A stretch of 64,000 nucleotides of DNA from Chloroflexota bacterium (lineage in GTDB: Bacteria > Chloroflexota > UBA11872): positions 5,911 to 69,910 of the forward strand of contig DAOUJT010000006.1 of NCBI GenBank assembly GCA_034422315.1. The letters are read 5' to 3'. Position 1 is the stretch's first letter. The number at the start of each line of letters is the position of its first letter. This document shows positions 18,042-27,615 of the stretch, piece by piece. The notes below the pieces were generated by a model. It was not told the origin of the DNA and made no database searches. It worked only from the letters and a program-made list of their open reading frames with translations. A program made the translations under genes and the position numbers.

Positions 18042-19166
18042 ATGCCAGCCGGGCCTGAGCCGCTGCTGGCGGGTATCGCCTACACCCTGCTGATCGTCGT
18101 CCCAATCTGCGCGGCGGCTTTTATCGCGGGGTGGGTACTCCGTCGGTCGGGCGGGCACGAGTCGCTGGTCTGGGGGTTGGGCGTCATCGTCACGGCTTGG
18201 GGCGCCGCCCTGGCCCTTGAGCATGGTCTGCGGATCCTGATCTTCGAAGCTCGGCTGTTTCCAGTCAGTGGGGTGACTATCACCGTGCTTTACTTCCCCC
18301 TGACCAACGCGATCCCACCGATTGTCGCGGCGCTCGGCGCGGGTGTGGTCATGTTGAAAGCGGCGGAGCGAGGCTCGACGACCTGGGCGCTTGGCGTTGT
18401 TGGCGTGGCCTTTGGTGCAGTTGGCCTTGTCAGGGCAATCGCCCCTGTGGCGATCTACCTGCCGACGGCTATTGGATCGCTGGGATTGGGATCCGTTGTC
18501 GAAGTCGAGACCGTGGTCACAGAGATTTCGGTTGAGGAATTCGACGCGCGATCCGCGTATAGGGACAGGGTGACGGTTGAGGACGGCGTGTGTGAGGTGC
18601 ATCGCCGGGGGATCGAAGGCCACAACCTGATCGGGCAGCGGCTGTGGACGTTTCACTCAGAGACACGGTGGTGCTGGAACGGCCGCGAAGTCGGCGCCGA
18701 CCCATCGTACTCGCCCACAGTCAGCGCCTCCGTGGATTCTCACATTCCCTTCGTAAGGGGTGGCTTTCCCGTGGATCCATCGCCTAACGATTCCGAGCTT
18801 CCCTGGGAGCTCGGCGACTGGGCGACCCAAGTCATCCACGTGTGCCCGCCGTTGCTGGAATGCGTGCAAAACGCATATGCGACCGTAGAAAAGCGCCAGT
18901 TTTCGGATGGGTCGACCACTGTGGACTACCCAAGTCTGACGGACCACTCGCAGCGCAGTCCCTGGCACCCGGTGCTGGGCCTGCTGCCTTCGATTGTCAT
19001 AAGTACGACGGCGCTGGTTACCGGTTGGATCCTGCTACGACGGTCCCGGCGCGGATCGGCGGCCTGGGGATTCGGTGTCGTCGCTGTTGGGCTGGGAGTG
19101 CTGGTCCCGATCCTGGTTGTTGTGGTCGGCGTGTTTTTCCTGACGACCAGCTACACCGTGTTTTAG
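18042..19166 (+). CDS. Paralogous membrane protein with one WCW Cys domain and three copies of the R..GS..WG.GV TM motif.
   Basis: RLWTFHSETRWCWNG. C-terminus LRRSRRGSAAWGFGVVAVGLGVLV...TTSYTVF nearly identical in pattern to the upstream gene's C-terminus ...AASHTVG. GGAGG SD. Confidence 0.6.
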   Translation: MPAGPEPLLAGIAYTLLIVVPICAAAFIAGWVLRRSGGHESLVWGLGVIVTAWGAALALEHGLRILIFEARLFPVSGVTITVLYFPLTNAIPPIVAALGAGVVMLKAAERGSTTWALGVVGVAFGAVGLVRAIAPVAIYLPTAIGSLGLGSVVEVETVVTEISVEEFDARSAYRDRVTVEDGVCEVHRRGIEGHNLIGQRLWTFHSETRWCWNGREVGADPSYSPTVSASVDSHIPFVRGGFPVDPSPNDSELPWELGDWATQVIHVCPPLLECVQNAYATVEKRQFSDGSTTVDYPSLTDHSQRSPWHPVLGLLPSIVISTTALVTGWILLRRSRRGSAAWGFGVVAVGLGVLVPILVVVVGVFFLTTSYTVF

Positions 19167-19595
19167 CGAGTCGCGGCCGCAACCCCAGGACGCGCCCAGC
19201 GCCAGCGCAGACAGGACAGGCCAAAACAGACCGGGGAGGGGCAGGCAGCCTTTGCGGGCAGGTTGGTCCGGGACGATGTCGGATGGGAAGTGGCCGGGAT
19301 AACGCTCCTGTAGGTCGGCGTTGGTGGCGATGGGGGTGAGGCGCAGGCCGGGTTTGTGTTCGAGGACGTACCAGGCGACGGGTGGACGACGGCGGCGGTC
19401 GGTGACGCGCGGCGACGTGGTTTCGACGGCGCGTGGATGAACATCCGCGGCAGGCTGCCAGCGCAGCAGGGCGGTGCGCTCGTCGAGTTGGGAGCGGGTG
19501 ATCAGTTCGATTCGGCAGTCGTCGAACTGGCTGCGCAGGAAGCGCGCCTCAGCGCTGTCGAAGTCACCGACCAGTTCGACCGACCTGTCGCGCAT
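19035..19595 (-). CDS. Hypothetical protein translationally coupled to tsaC. Its 3' end overlaps the convergent membrane-protein gene by ~130 bp, so the C-terminal extent is uncertain.
   Basis: ATGA start/stop overlap with tsaC. No recognised family. Confidence 0.4.
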   Translation of the reverse strand: MRDRSVELVGDFDSAEARFLRSQFDDCRIELITRSQLDERTALLRWQPAADVHPRAVETTSPRVTDRRRRPPVAWYVLEHKPGLRLTPIATNADLQERYPGHFPSDIVPDQPARKGCLPLPGLFWPVLSALALGASWGCGRDSLKHGVAGRQEKHADHNNQDRDQHSQPNSDDTESPGRRSAPGPS

Positions 19596-20218
19596 CAGTG
19601 GGGAGGCATGGGCGGGCGGACGGCGGGGACCACGGCCTGAATGGTCGGTGCGTCCACGGCGCCGGCGCGCAGGATCAGCGGGGGATCCTGCGCAAGGTCG
19701 ATCACGGTTGAGGGCGCGCCGGCCCCCGGGCCGCCATCCAACACCAGGTCCACCAGGGTTCCCACCGCGTCGGCGGCCGCCTGGGCGGTCATGGGCGGCG
19801 GCTCGGTGTGCAGATTGGCGCTGGTGCCCGTAAGCGGGGAACCGACGAGGCGTATCAGTTCGCGCACCACGCCGGAAGCGGGAACGCGGACGCCGACCGT
19901 TTCGCCAGGGCCAAGCAGCCGCCGGTCAACGCCCGGGCGGGCCGGCAGCACCAGCGTGACGGCGCCTGGCCAGAAGGCTTGAGCGAGGCGATGGGCGTTG
20001 GGCGACATGTGGGCGATCTCGCGAGCCTGGGCCGCGCTCTCGACAAGGATCGGGATGCCCCCGCCGGGGCCGCGGGTCTTGATGCGAAGGACGCGCGCCA
20101 CGGCCGGGGGGACGCGGATACTGGCGGCCAATCCGTAGAGGGTGTCCGTTGGGATGGCGGCAACCCCGCCGTCAGCCAGCAGTCTGGCGCACCGAGTTAC
20201 CGCAACTGTCGACGCCAT
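19595..20218 (-). CDS. tsaC: L-threonylcarbamoyladenylate synthase (YrdC/TsaC/Sua5 family).
   Basis: AIPTDTLYGLAASI...GPGGGIPILVE...WPGAVTLVLPA...SPLTGTSANLHTEPP is the YrdC domain signature. Confidence 0.85.
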   Translation of the reverse strand: MASTVAVTRCARLLADGGVAAIPTDTLYGLAASIRVPPAVARVLRIKTRGPGGGIPILVESAAQAREIAHMSPNAHRLAQAFWPGAVTLVLPARPGVDRRLLGPGETVGVRVPASGVVRELIRLVGSPLTGTSANLHTEPPPMTAQAAADAVGTLVDLVLDGGPGAGAPSTVIDLAQDPPLILRAGAVDAPTIQAVVPAVRPPMPPH

Positions 20219-20726
20219 CCCGTCACGCAGGGGGCGCGGCGTCAGGCGGGTTGAACTGTCCAGCCATGAGGGTGGGCCAGTGAACTCCTCAGCACGTCGA
20301 ATGGTCAGTCGCCGGTCGCGCACCGGCCGGGCGGCAGCGGTGCCGCCATGCCAGATGATATTTCGCGCCGGGCCACGACCGTTGAATGGAAGCCGACCAC
20401 CCGGGTGTGTCGTCAGGACGACGCGGCACGGTCGTTGCCGTGCACCCCGGGGACACAGGTTTCTGCTAGGCTACGCGAACCTATTCGCAAGTTGGCGGTG
20501 CTGCCGTCCGCACAAGGCCAAACCGTTCTGCCTACGATGCCGATATCAAATACTGAGATACACGTCTCGGGCAATGATGTCGTGGGCGTTACGGTCGTCA
20601 ATGGGCCCGTGGGCAGTAGTGGCCTCGAACTCTGCGCGGCCTGGGCCCGCGAAACGCTGTCGCGTCCGACGATGACCTCGGCCCCACGCGTAGGAGACTG
20701 CTGGAGCAGGCAAGGAGACGAACCCC

Positions 20727-21071
20727 ATGAGCGTTAGCACCGAGTGGGCGTGGAACGATGAAGCCATCGTGGTCACCGCGGATGGCCGGGTGGACGGTAC
20801 CAACGCCCGCGATTTCCAGAGTGCCCTGGAGGCCGTGATCGAGGCCAGCGACCAGGCAGTGATTCTGGACATGGAGCGGCTGACGTACATCAGCAGTGCG
20901 GGGCTGCGGGTGATCCTGCTGGCGGCGAAGTCGCTGCAGCGCAAGGACGCCACGCTTACCATCTGCTCGCTGTCGGATCCGATCCGCGAGATCTTCAGCG
21001 TGAGCGGCTTCGACCAGATCATCCCCATTCACGCCACCCAGGCCGAAGCGCTCGCCGCCCGCAAGAGCTGA
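20727..21071 (+). CDS. STAS-domain anti-sigma-factor antagonist (SpoIIAA/RsbV-like).
   Basis: ILDMERLTYISSAGLRVIL...VSGFDQIIPIHAT is a typical STAS domain with a phosphorylatable Ser. Confidence 0.8.
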   Translation: MSVSTEWAWNDEAIVVTADGRVDGTNARDFQSALEAVIEASDQAVILDMERLTYISSAGLRVILLAAKSLQRKDATLTICSLSDPIREIFSVSGFDQIIPIHATQAEALAARKS

Positions 21072-21185
21072 GCCCGGCGTGCGTGGCGGACGGCGACGGG
21101 GCCGATCCGCGAGAGGCCGAACGGGGTACACGCCGACAGCAACGCGGCCTGTCCTGTTGCCTGTCAGCAGGAAGCCTGAGACCAA

Positions 21186-21530
21186 GTGAAGCTGAGTGTG
21201 GTGAACGTTACGGGGAACGGGGTGATGGTCGTCGCGATCGAGGGCCGAGTCGATAGTTCCAACGCCCAGCGGTTTGAGCGGGTGCTGGATGCCGTGGCGG
21301 ACGCCGGCAAGCGGGGGATCGTCCTGGACCTGGAGAACCTGACGTACATCAGCAGTGCGGCGCTGCGCGTGCTGCTGGGACTCACCAAGGCCCAGGCGCG
21401 GAAAGGCGGCACCCTCACGGTCTGCACCGTGCCGGAGTCCCTGCGCAAGGTTCTCGAGGTGAGCGGCTTCGATCAGATCATTCCCGTGCATGACTCCCAG
21501 GCCGAGGCTTTGGCCGCATGTTCAAGCTAG
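21186..21530 (+). CDS. Second STAS-domain anti-sigma-factor antagonist paralog.
   Basis: VLDLENLTYISSAALRVLL...VSGFDQIIPVHDS. Confidence 0.8.
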   Translation: MKLSVVNVTGNGVMVVAIEGRVDSSNAQRFERVLDAVADAGKRGIVLDLENLTYISSAALRVLLGLTKAQARKGGTLTVCTVPESLRKVLEVSGFDQIIPVHDSQAEALAACSS

Positions 21531-21591
21531 CAATCACCGATACCACGACGGCGGCGCCCGATCCGGGCCATTCCCTCGCGAACCTGGCGGC

Positions 21592-22488
21592 GTGACCGTG
21601 GACGCGGGGTCCCCATCGAAAATCCTGGTTGTCGACGACGAGGCTGACCTTGAGGTGCTGATGCGCCAGCGGATGCGCCGGAGCATCCGAAAGGGCCAGT
21701 TTGAGTTTGTGTTTGCCCGCAACGGCGTGGAAGCGCTGGCGCGGCTACGGGAGAACGACTTTGACGTAGTTCTCTCGGATATCAACATGCCAGAGATGGA
21801 CGGACTGACCCTGCTCCAGCAGATTCCGGATGTGGATCCGGAGGTGCGATCGGTGATCGTTACGGCCTACGGCGATATCGACAACATCCGATCGGCCTTG
21901 AACCGCGGAGCGTTTGACTTCATCACCAAGCCCATCGACTTCCGGGACTTGCGCGCCACGATTGAGCGGGCCCTGGAGCACCGGGCGCTCCTGCGCAGCG
22001 CGACGGAGTCGAGTGGCGACGGCCGGGTGGAAACTGCCAACGACCGACGGGCGATGGCCGGTGCCCCGGTGCTGATCCACATGGAGCACGATGGCATGTA
22101 CGCGGATGACGCGGATGAGGGCAGGCCGCCGGCGAGGAGTGGCATCAAGATTTCGGTGCTCAATGCAACCCCGGACGGAGCCGTCGTAGTTGCGCTGGAA
22201 GGGCGCGTGGACGCCAACACCGTGCGGCAATTCGAACGCGCCATCAACGTGGTGAGCAAGGCTTGCAAACTGGCCATGATTCTCGACTGCCGAAAGCTCG
22301 ACTACATCAGCAGCGCCGGGCTTCGCGTGGTGCTGGGGCTGTCCAAGTCCCTTCGACAAAAAGGGGCCGAGTTGGGCCTTTGCGCGGTGACCGAGCCGGT
22401 CCGCAAGGTCTTCAATGTGAGCGGCTTCGATCAGATCATTCCCGTGCGTGACACTCAGGCCGAGGCGCTGACCGCATGTGCAAGTTGA
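21592..22488 (+). CDS. Response-regulator receiver domain fused to a C-terminal STAS domain.
   Basis: REC: KILVVDDEADLE...VVLSDINMPEMDGLTLLQ...AYGD...GAFDFITKP. C-terminal STAS: LDCRKLDYISSAGLRVVLG...VSGFDQIIPV. GTG start inferred. Confidence 0.75.
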   Translation: MTVDAGSPSKILVVDDEADLEVLMRQRMRRSIRKGQFEFVFARNGVEALARLRENDFDVVLSDINMPEMDGLTLLQQIPDVDPEVRSVIVTAYGDIDNIRSALNRGAFDFITKPIDFRDLRATIERALEHRALLRSATESSGDGRVETANDRRAMAGAPVLIHMEHDGMYADDADEGRPPARSGIKISVLNATPDGAVVVALEGRVDANTVRQFERAINVVSKACKLAMILDCRKLDYISSAGLRVVLGLSKSLRQKGAELGLCAVTEPVRKVFNVSGFDQIIPVRDTQAEALTACAS

Positions 22489-22554
22489 ACTCCGCCTGCC
22501 TCATCCGGGGGGAATTCGCCCGGGCCATGGCACGGGGAACATGGGGGTGAAATC

Positions 22555-23727
22555 GTGGTAGTCAAGCCTCCGTACAAGATCCTGGTCGTTGACGATGAGC
22601 CGGACCTTGAGCCGCTCATGCTGCAGCGCATGCGTCGCAGTATCCGACGAGGCGAGTACACGTTCGTGTTTGCGCGGAACGGAGTCCAGGCCCTTGATCG
22701 ACTGCACGCGGACGACGACATCGACATGGTGGTGTCGGACATCAACATGCCGGAGATGGACGGGCTGACGCTGCTTCAGCAGATACCCAAGGTCGACCCC
22801 AACATCAAGTCCATCATCGTTTCCGCGTATGGCGACATGGAGAACATCCGGACGGCCATGAACCGCGGGGCCTTTGACTTCGTGACCAAGCCCATTGATT
22901 TCCGCGACCTGCGGGTGACGATCGACCGCACGCTGCAACACCTGATGGAGTGGCGCGAGGCACTGGCGTCGCGCGACCAACTGGTGGCGCTGCAGAACGA
23001 GCTGAGCGTCGCCAGCAAGATGCAGCAGTCGATTCTCCCCACCCACTTTCCGGAGAGCCCCGACTACCAGCTCTTCGCCAACATGGAACCGGCCCGCAGC
23101 GTTGGCGGTGACTTTTTCGACGTCGTGATGCTGGAGAACGATCGCATCGGCATGACCGTTGCCGATGTGTCCGACAAGGGCGTGCCCGCCGCCCTGTTCA
23201 TGATGTCGACGCGAACCCTGATCAAGGGCTCGGCGATTGGATCAGCCGGTCCCGGCGACGTGCTGCGCGAGGTCAACGACCTGCTGTACGAGGACAACGA
23301 GACCGAGATGTTTGTGACGGTGCTCTACGCGGAGTACAACCCGGCGAACGGTGAATTCACCTATGCCAGCGGCGGGCATGACCCGCCCTTGCTGGTCAAG
23401 CCGGACGGCACGTCGTCATCCCTGCCCTTGACCGGCGGCATTGCCCTGGGCCTGCTGCCCGACCTGGAGTATCGGCAGAACAGCGTCACGCTGGAGCCGG
23501 GCGAGACCATCGTGCTCTACACCGATGGCGTGAGCGAAGCGATGACCAGCACCGAGGAGCAATTTGGCCTGGAGCGGCTGCAAGCGGCGATGGCGGACGG
23601 CCCCGGCGATGACGCGCGAGCGGCCAACCAGGCGATCTTTCAAGCGGTGAGTGACTTTGTGGGAGACACCCCGGCGTCGGACGACATTACCTGCCTGACG
23701 TTTCGCCGTACGGGGGGTGGGGGATGA
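22555..23727 (+). CDS. Response-regulator receiver fused to a PP2C-type Ser/Thr phosphatase (RsbU/SpoIIE-like).
   Basis: N-terminal REC nearly identical to the upstream REC. PPM motifs GGDFFDV, GMTVADVSDKG, LYTDGVSEA and ASDDITCL. Confidence 0.85.
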   Translation: MVVKPPYKILVVDDEPDLEPLMLQRMRRSIRRGEYTFVFARNGVQALDRLHADDDIDMVVSDINMPEMDGLTLLQQIPKVDPNIKSIIVSAYGDMENIRTAMNRGAFDFVTKPIDFRDLRVTIDRTLQHLMEWREALASRDQLVALQNELSVASKMQQSILPTHFPESPDYQLFANMEPARSVGGDFFDVVMLENDRIGMTVADVSDKGVPAALFMMSTRTLIKGSAIGSAGPGDVLREVNDLLYEDNETEMFVTVLYAEYNPANGEFTYASGGHDPPLLVKPDGTSSSLPLTGGIALGLLPDLEYRQNSVTLEPGETIVLYTDGVSEAMTSTEEQFGLERLQAAMADGPGDDARAANQAIFQAVSDFVGDTPASDDITCLTFRRTGGGG

Positions 23728-24143
23728 GCCTCACGCGCACCGTCGTGATCGAGACGAGGCTGGCGGAACTGACGCGACTGACCGAGGTGGTGGAGAATCT
23801 GGGTGAGGAAGACGACTGGTCGCCCGGTCTGGTTGGCAAGGTGAACTTGGTGCTTGAAGAGTTGGCCATCAACACCATCAATCATGGTCACGACGGCGGG
23901 CTGCACGAGATTTCCTTTACCTTTAGCTCCAGCGACGATGCCTTGACCATCGAGATGGTGGACGACGGTAAGCCGTTCGACCCCCTGACCGAAGCGCCCG
24001 TTCCGGACGTGAACGCGCCGATGGACGAACGGCCGATCGGGGGACTGGGGGTCTTCCTGGTGCGGAAGCTGATGGACGAACTGACATATCGGCGGGAAGA
24101 AGGCCGCAACCACCTGACGCTCGTCGCCTATCGGGCGGAATGA
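23724..24143 (+). CDS. Anti-sigma regulatory factor / Ser-protein kinase of the GHKL ATPase family (RsbW/SpoIIAB-like).
   Basis: 139 aa. ELAINTINHG (N-box) and GGLGVFLVRKLMDE (G2 box). ATGA overlap with the phosphatase gene. Confidence 0.75.
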   Translation: MSLTRTVVIETRLAELTRLTEVVENLGEEDDWSPGLVGKVNLVLEELAINTINHGHDGGLHEISFTFSSSDDALTIEMVDDGKPFDPLTEAPVPDVNAPMDERPIGGLGVFLVRKLMDELTYRREEGRNHLTLVAYRAE

Positions 24144-25426
24144 CTCGGTTGGCCCCCGTGCCCAGGGCATGGCTGCTCGCAGCACTAGGGATTGGGGGCC
24201 TTGCTGCCATCGCGATCGTGGTCTGGGCCATGCTGGCGGTGGGTGGCATGACGGTAACGACCGTTAGCGCGCCGGCGCCGCCGACGGCCCAGGTGGACGC
24301 GACTGCCTCCGTGATAGGCGCGGCTTCCGCTCCCGCGGCCGGTGTGTCTGATGAACGCGTCCTGTTCGGCCAGTCGGCCGCGTTCAGCGGTCCGGCCAGC
24401 GAGCTGGGCCTGAACATGCGTTTGGGCATTCAGGCCGCATTTCAGGAGGCGAACGAAAAGGGCGGCGTGCACGGTCGCCGGCTGGACCTGACGACGCTGG
24501 ATGATGCCTATGAGCCCGAGGCCGCCATTGCCAACACCAAGCAGTTGATCGAGCAGGAGAACGTGTTTGCGCTGATCGGCGCCGTGGGCACGCCGACCTC
24601 GCGTTCCGCCGTGCCCGTGGCGGTTGAGGCGAATACGCCCTACCTGGCGCCGTTTACCGGCGCGGCGTTTCTGCGCGGCGAGGATCTGCATGACGTCGTG
24701 ATCAATCTGCGGGCTTCCTACAACCAGGAGACCGAGGAGATGGTGGATCGCCTGACCAACGACCTGGGGATCAGTCGAATTGCCTTGCTGTACCAGGACG
24801 ATTCCTACGGGCGAGCCGGCTACAACGGCGTGCAGGCCGCCCTGGAGCGGCGCGGCATGACACTGGCCGCGGTTGGCGTGTATCCGCGCAACACCACGGC
24901 CGTGAAGACCGCGCTGCTGGACCTGCGCGAGGGGCAGCCGGAAGCCGTGATCATGGTTGGCGCCTACGAACCGGTGGCTGCCCTGGTTGCGTGGTCACGG
25001 CACCTGGGGTTCATACCGGTGTTCATGACCATTTCCTTTGTCGGCAGCAACGCCCTGGCCCAGGAACTGGGGCCGGAGGGCGCCGGCGTCTTCGTCACGC
25101 AGGTGGTGCCCTTTCCCACGGACACGTCGCTGCCGGTGGTTCAGGCCTACCATCGCGCGTTGGCCGAGTTCGATCCAGACGCTGTTCCGGGCTTTGTTTC
25201 CTTCGAGGGCTATCTGGCTGGCCGTCTGACCATCCTGGGCCTGGAGCGGTGCGGACGCGAGCTGAGCCGTGAGTGCTTCCTGAACAGCCTGCGCAGCGCC
25301 GAGGAGATCGATGGGTTCAGGCTTCACTACGACGATGCCGACAACCAGGGCTCCGATGCGGTGTTCCTCTCGGTCATTGGCGCGGACGGTCGCTACCGCT
25401 CCGTCACCAGACTGTCGAGTTCGTGA
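24140..25426 (+). CDS. LivK-like periplasmic substrate-binding protein (branched-chain amino acid-binding fold, type I PBP) with an N-terminal membrane anchor.
   Basis: ATGA overlap with the kinase gene. LFGQSAAFSGPASELGLNMRLGIQAAFQEANEKGGVHGRRL...FALIGAVGTPTS matches the Leu/Ile/Val-binding family. Confidence 0.75.
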   Translation: MTRLAPVPRAWLLAALGIGGLAAIAIVVWAMLAVGGMTVTTVSAPAPPTAQVDATASVIGAASAPAAGVSDERVLFGQSAAFSGPASELGLNMRLGIQAAFQEANEKGGVHGRRLDLTTLDDAYEPEAAIANTKQLIEQENVFALIGAVGTPTSRSAVPVAVEANTPYLAPFTGAAFLRGEDLHDVVINLRASYNQETEEMVDRLTNDLGISRIALLYQDDSYGRAGYNGVQAALERRGMTLAAVGVYPRNTTAVKTALLDLREGQPEAVIMVGAYEPVAALVAWSRHLGFIPVFMTISFVGSNALAQELGPEGAGVFVTQVVPFPTDTSLPVVQAYHRALAEFDPDAVPGFVSFEGYLAGRLTILGLERCGRELSRECFLNSLRSAEEIDGFRLHYDDADNQGSDAVFLSVIGADGRYRSVTRLSSS

Positions 25427-25428
25427 GC

Positions 25429-27615
25429 ATGTTCGACAGACTGAAACGCTTGCTTGAGGCCCGCTATCGCCTGTCGACCCAGTTGTACTTCGGTATCGGC
25501 GGCGCGGTGGCGCTCACGGTGGCTGCCAGCATCGTCGGGCTGGCGTCCTTTACACAGGTCGGCGAGGCGCAGAGCCGGGTCAACGAGGGAAGCGTGCCTG
25601 AACTGGCCGCGGCCTTCGGCGTGGCCGAATACAGCAGCACGCTGGTGGCCGCGGCGCCGCGCCTGGCGGCGGCCGCCAGTGGCGACGAGGTGAATGAGGT
25701 CGCCCAGAACATCGAGGGTTCGCGCCAGGATCTGGAGGTGCTGTTCGCCATCTTGAATCGCAGCACCGGTGACCCGGAGCGAACCCAGCGCCTTCGGCGC
25801 TACGCCGACACGCTGCTTTCCAACATTGACACGATCAAACGCGAGCGGTTTGACCTCTTCGACCTCGGCGAGCAACGGCAGGCCCTGCGAACCGAACTTG
25901 AAGACCTTCGAAGCAGCCTGGAGGGCGTGATCGTCCCGGCCCTCGACGACCAGTTGTTTTACACGATGACAGGTTTTCGGGCGATCGAGGAATTGCCGCC
26001 AATCCGCCAGGTGTACTTCTCCGAGCCTGAACTCAACCGGTACCGACGCCTGGCGGAACTGCAGTCGGACGTCAACATTGCGACGCAACTGCTGGCCAGT
26101 GCCTTTACGTTATCCAGCCCTTCCCTGATTGAGCCGTTGCGCGAACGGTTCGAGGCCTCGGCTCGCCGTATCGAACGCAACCTCAATGGGCTCTCGGATT
26201 CCGAGTTTTACGCCGAGCTGGTGCCGCTCTTTGACCGGCTCTTTGAGGTTGGCACGGGTGAACCCAGCGGCTTCGATGTGCTTGAACAGGAACTCACCCT
26301 GCTGGAGCGCCAGCAAGTGTTGCTGGCAGGCAACCGCGCCCAGGCTATTGAACTGCTGGATGAGGTCGACGGCCTGGTGAATGCGGCGCGCGCCAGCGCC
26401 GACGAGGCGACGCAGAGTTCGACCGACACCATCGCCACCGGCCGCTTCCTGCTGCTGGTCATCGGAGCGATCAGCGTCGGCGGCGCGCTGCTGATTGCCT
26501 GGCTCTTCGTTGGCCGATTCCTCTTGCGCCGCCTGCAAATGCTGTCCGACTGGATGCTCCGCATGGCCGGCGGCGATCTCGAGACTCGCGTCGAAATGAC
26601 CGGCCGCGACGAGGTGGCGGACATGGCTGCGGCCCTGGAGGTCTTTCGTCGTCACGCCCTTGAAGTCCAGCGACTGAACCTTGTCGAGAAGCTGGCCGAT
26701 GAACTGCAGGACAAGAACGAGCAGTTGGAAAGCGTGCTTGGTGATCTGCAGAAGGCGCAGGACCAGATCGTGATGCGCGAGAAGCTGGCGGCGCTGGGTG
26801 AACTGACCGCCGGGGTGGCCCACGAGATCCGCAACCCGCTCAATTTCGTCAAGAATTTTGCGGAAGCTTCGGAAGAGCTGCTGGAGGAGTTTCAGGAGGT
26901 TCTTGAAGAGAGCGGCGACAGTCTGCCGGAGGCTGACCGCGAGATTATCGAAGAGGTGTCACAAGACCTGACCGACAACCTGGCGCGCATTCGTTCGCAC
27001 GGCGACCGCGCCAACCGGATCGTGCAGGACATGCTGTCCATGGGCCGGGGCTCGGGGGACCGATCGCCCACCGACATCAACCAGTTGGTGGACGAATACG
27101 CGCGGCTGGCCTACCACAGCGCGCGGGGTATGGACCAGAACTTTCAGCTCAGTATTGAGCGGGACTTTGACGACGCCGTTGGGGAACTCAATGTTGTATC
27201 CCAAGACTTGGGACGCGTCTTCCTGAACATGGTGGCCAATTCGTGCTACGCGACCGACGCGCGACGCCAGGCGTCCAAGGCGGACGACGGGGACGCACCA
27301 TTCATGCCGGTGGTCTGGCTGGCTACCCGGCGGCATGAGGACCACATTGAAGTCCGCATCCGCGACAACGGCGGGGGCATGCCGCCGGACGTGGTTGAGA
27401 AGATCTTCAACCCCTTCTTTACCACCAAGCCCACGGGCCAGGGCACCGGGCTGGGCCTTGCCATGTGCAGCGACATCGTGCGCCAGCACGGCGGCCACAT
27501 CAGGGTCGACGTGGAGGACGGCGAAGGCACCGAGATGATGATCGACCTGCCGCTGGTGCCGCCGTCGGATACCGCCGAACAAGAAGCCGATTCCCTACTC
27601 ACACCCTCCGCGTGA
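25429..27615 (+). CDS. Sensor histidine kinase: 2 TM helices, a large periplasmic domain, HAMP, HisKA and HATPase_c.
   Basis: H-box ELTAGVAHEIRNPLNF. G-boxes DNGGGMP and GTGLGLAMC. The ATG lies 3 nt after the SBP stop. Confidence 0.85.
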   Translation: MFDRLKRLLEARYRLSTQLYFGIGGAVALTVAASIVGLASFTQVGEAQSRVNEGSVPELAAAFGVAEYSSTLVAAAPRLAAAASGDEVNEVAQNIEGSRQDLEVLFAILNRSTGDPERTQRLRRYADTLLSNIDTIKRERFDLFDLGEQRQALRTELEDLRSSLEGVIVPALDDQLFYTMTGFRAIEELPPIRQVYFSEPELNRYRRLAELQSDVNIATQLLASAFTLSSPSLIEPLRERFEASARRIERNLNGLSDSEFYAELVPLFDRLFEVGTGEPSGFDVLEQELTLLERQQVLLAGNRAQAIELLDEVDGLVNAARASADEATQSSTDTIATGRFLLLVIGAISVGGALLIAWLFVGRFLLRRLQMLSDWMLRMAGGDLETRVEMTGRDEVADMAAALEVFRRHALEVQRLNLVEKLADELQDKNEQLESVLGDLQKAQDQIVMREKLAALGELTAGVAHEIRNPLNFVKNFAEASEELLEEFQEVLEESGDSLPEADREIIEEVSQDLTDNLARIRSHGDRANRIVQDMLSMGRGSGDRSPTDINQLVDEYARLAYHSARGMDQNFQLSIERDFDDAVGELNVVSQDLGRVFLNMVANSCYATDARRQASKADDGDAPFMPVVWLATRRHEDHIEVRIRDNGGGMPPDVVEKIFNPFFTTKPTGQGTGLGLAMCSDIVRQHGGHIRVDVEDGEGTEMMIDLPLVPPSDTAEQEADSLLTPSA

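Noticed and set aside
20598-21491. 297-aa minus-strand ORF spanning both STAS genes
   Set aside because: Antisense to two clear STAS domains. Arg/His-rich.
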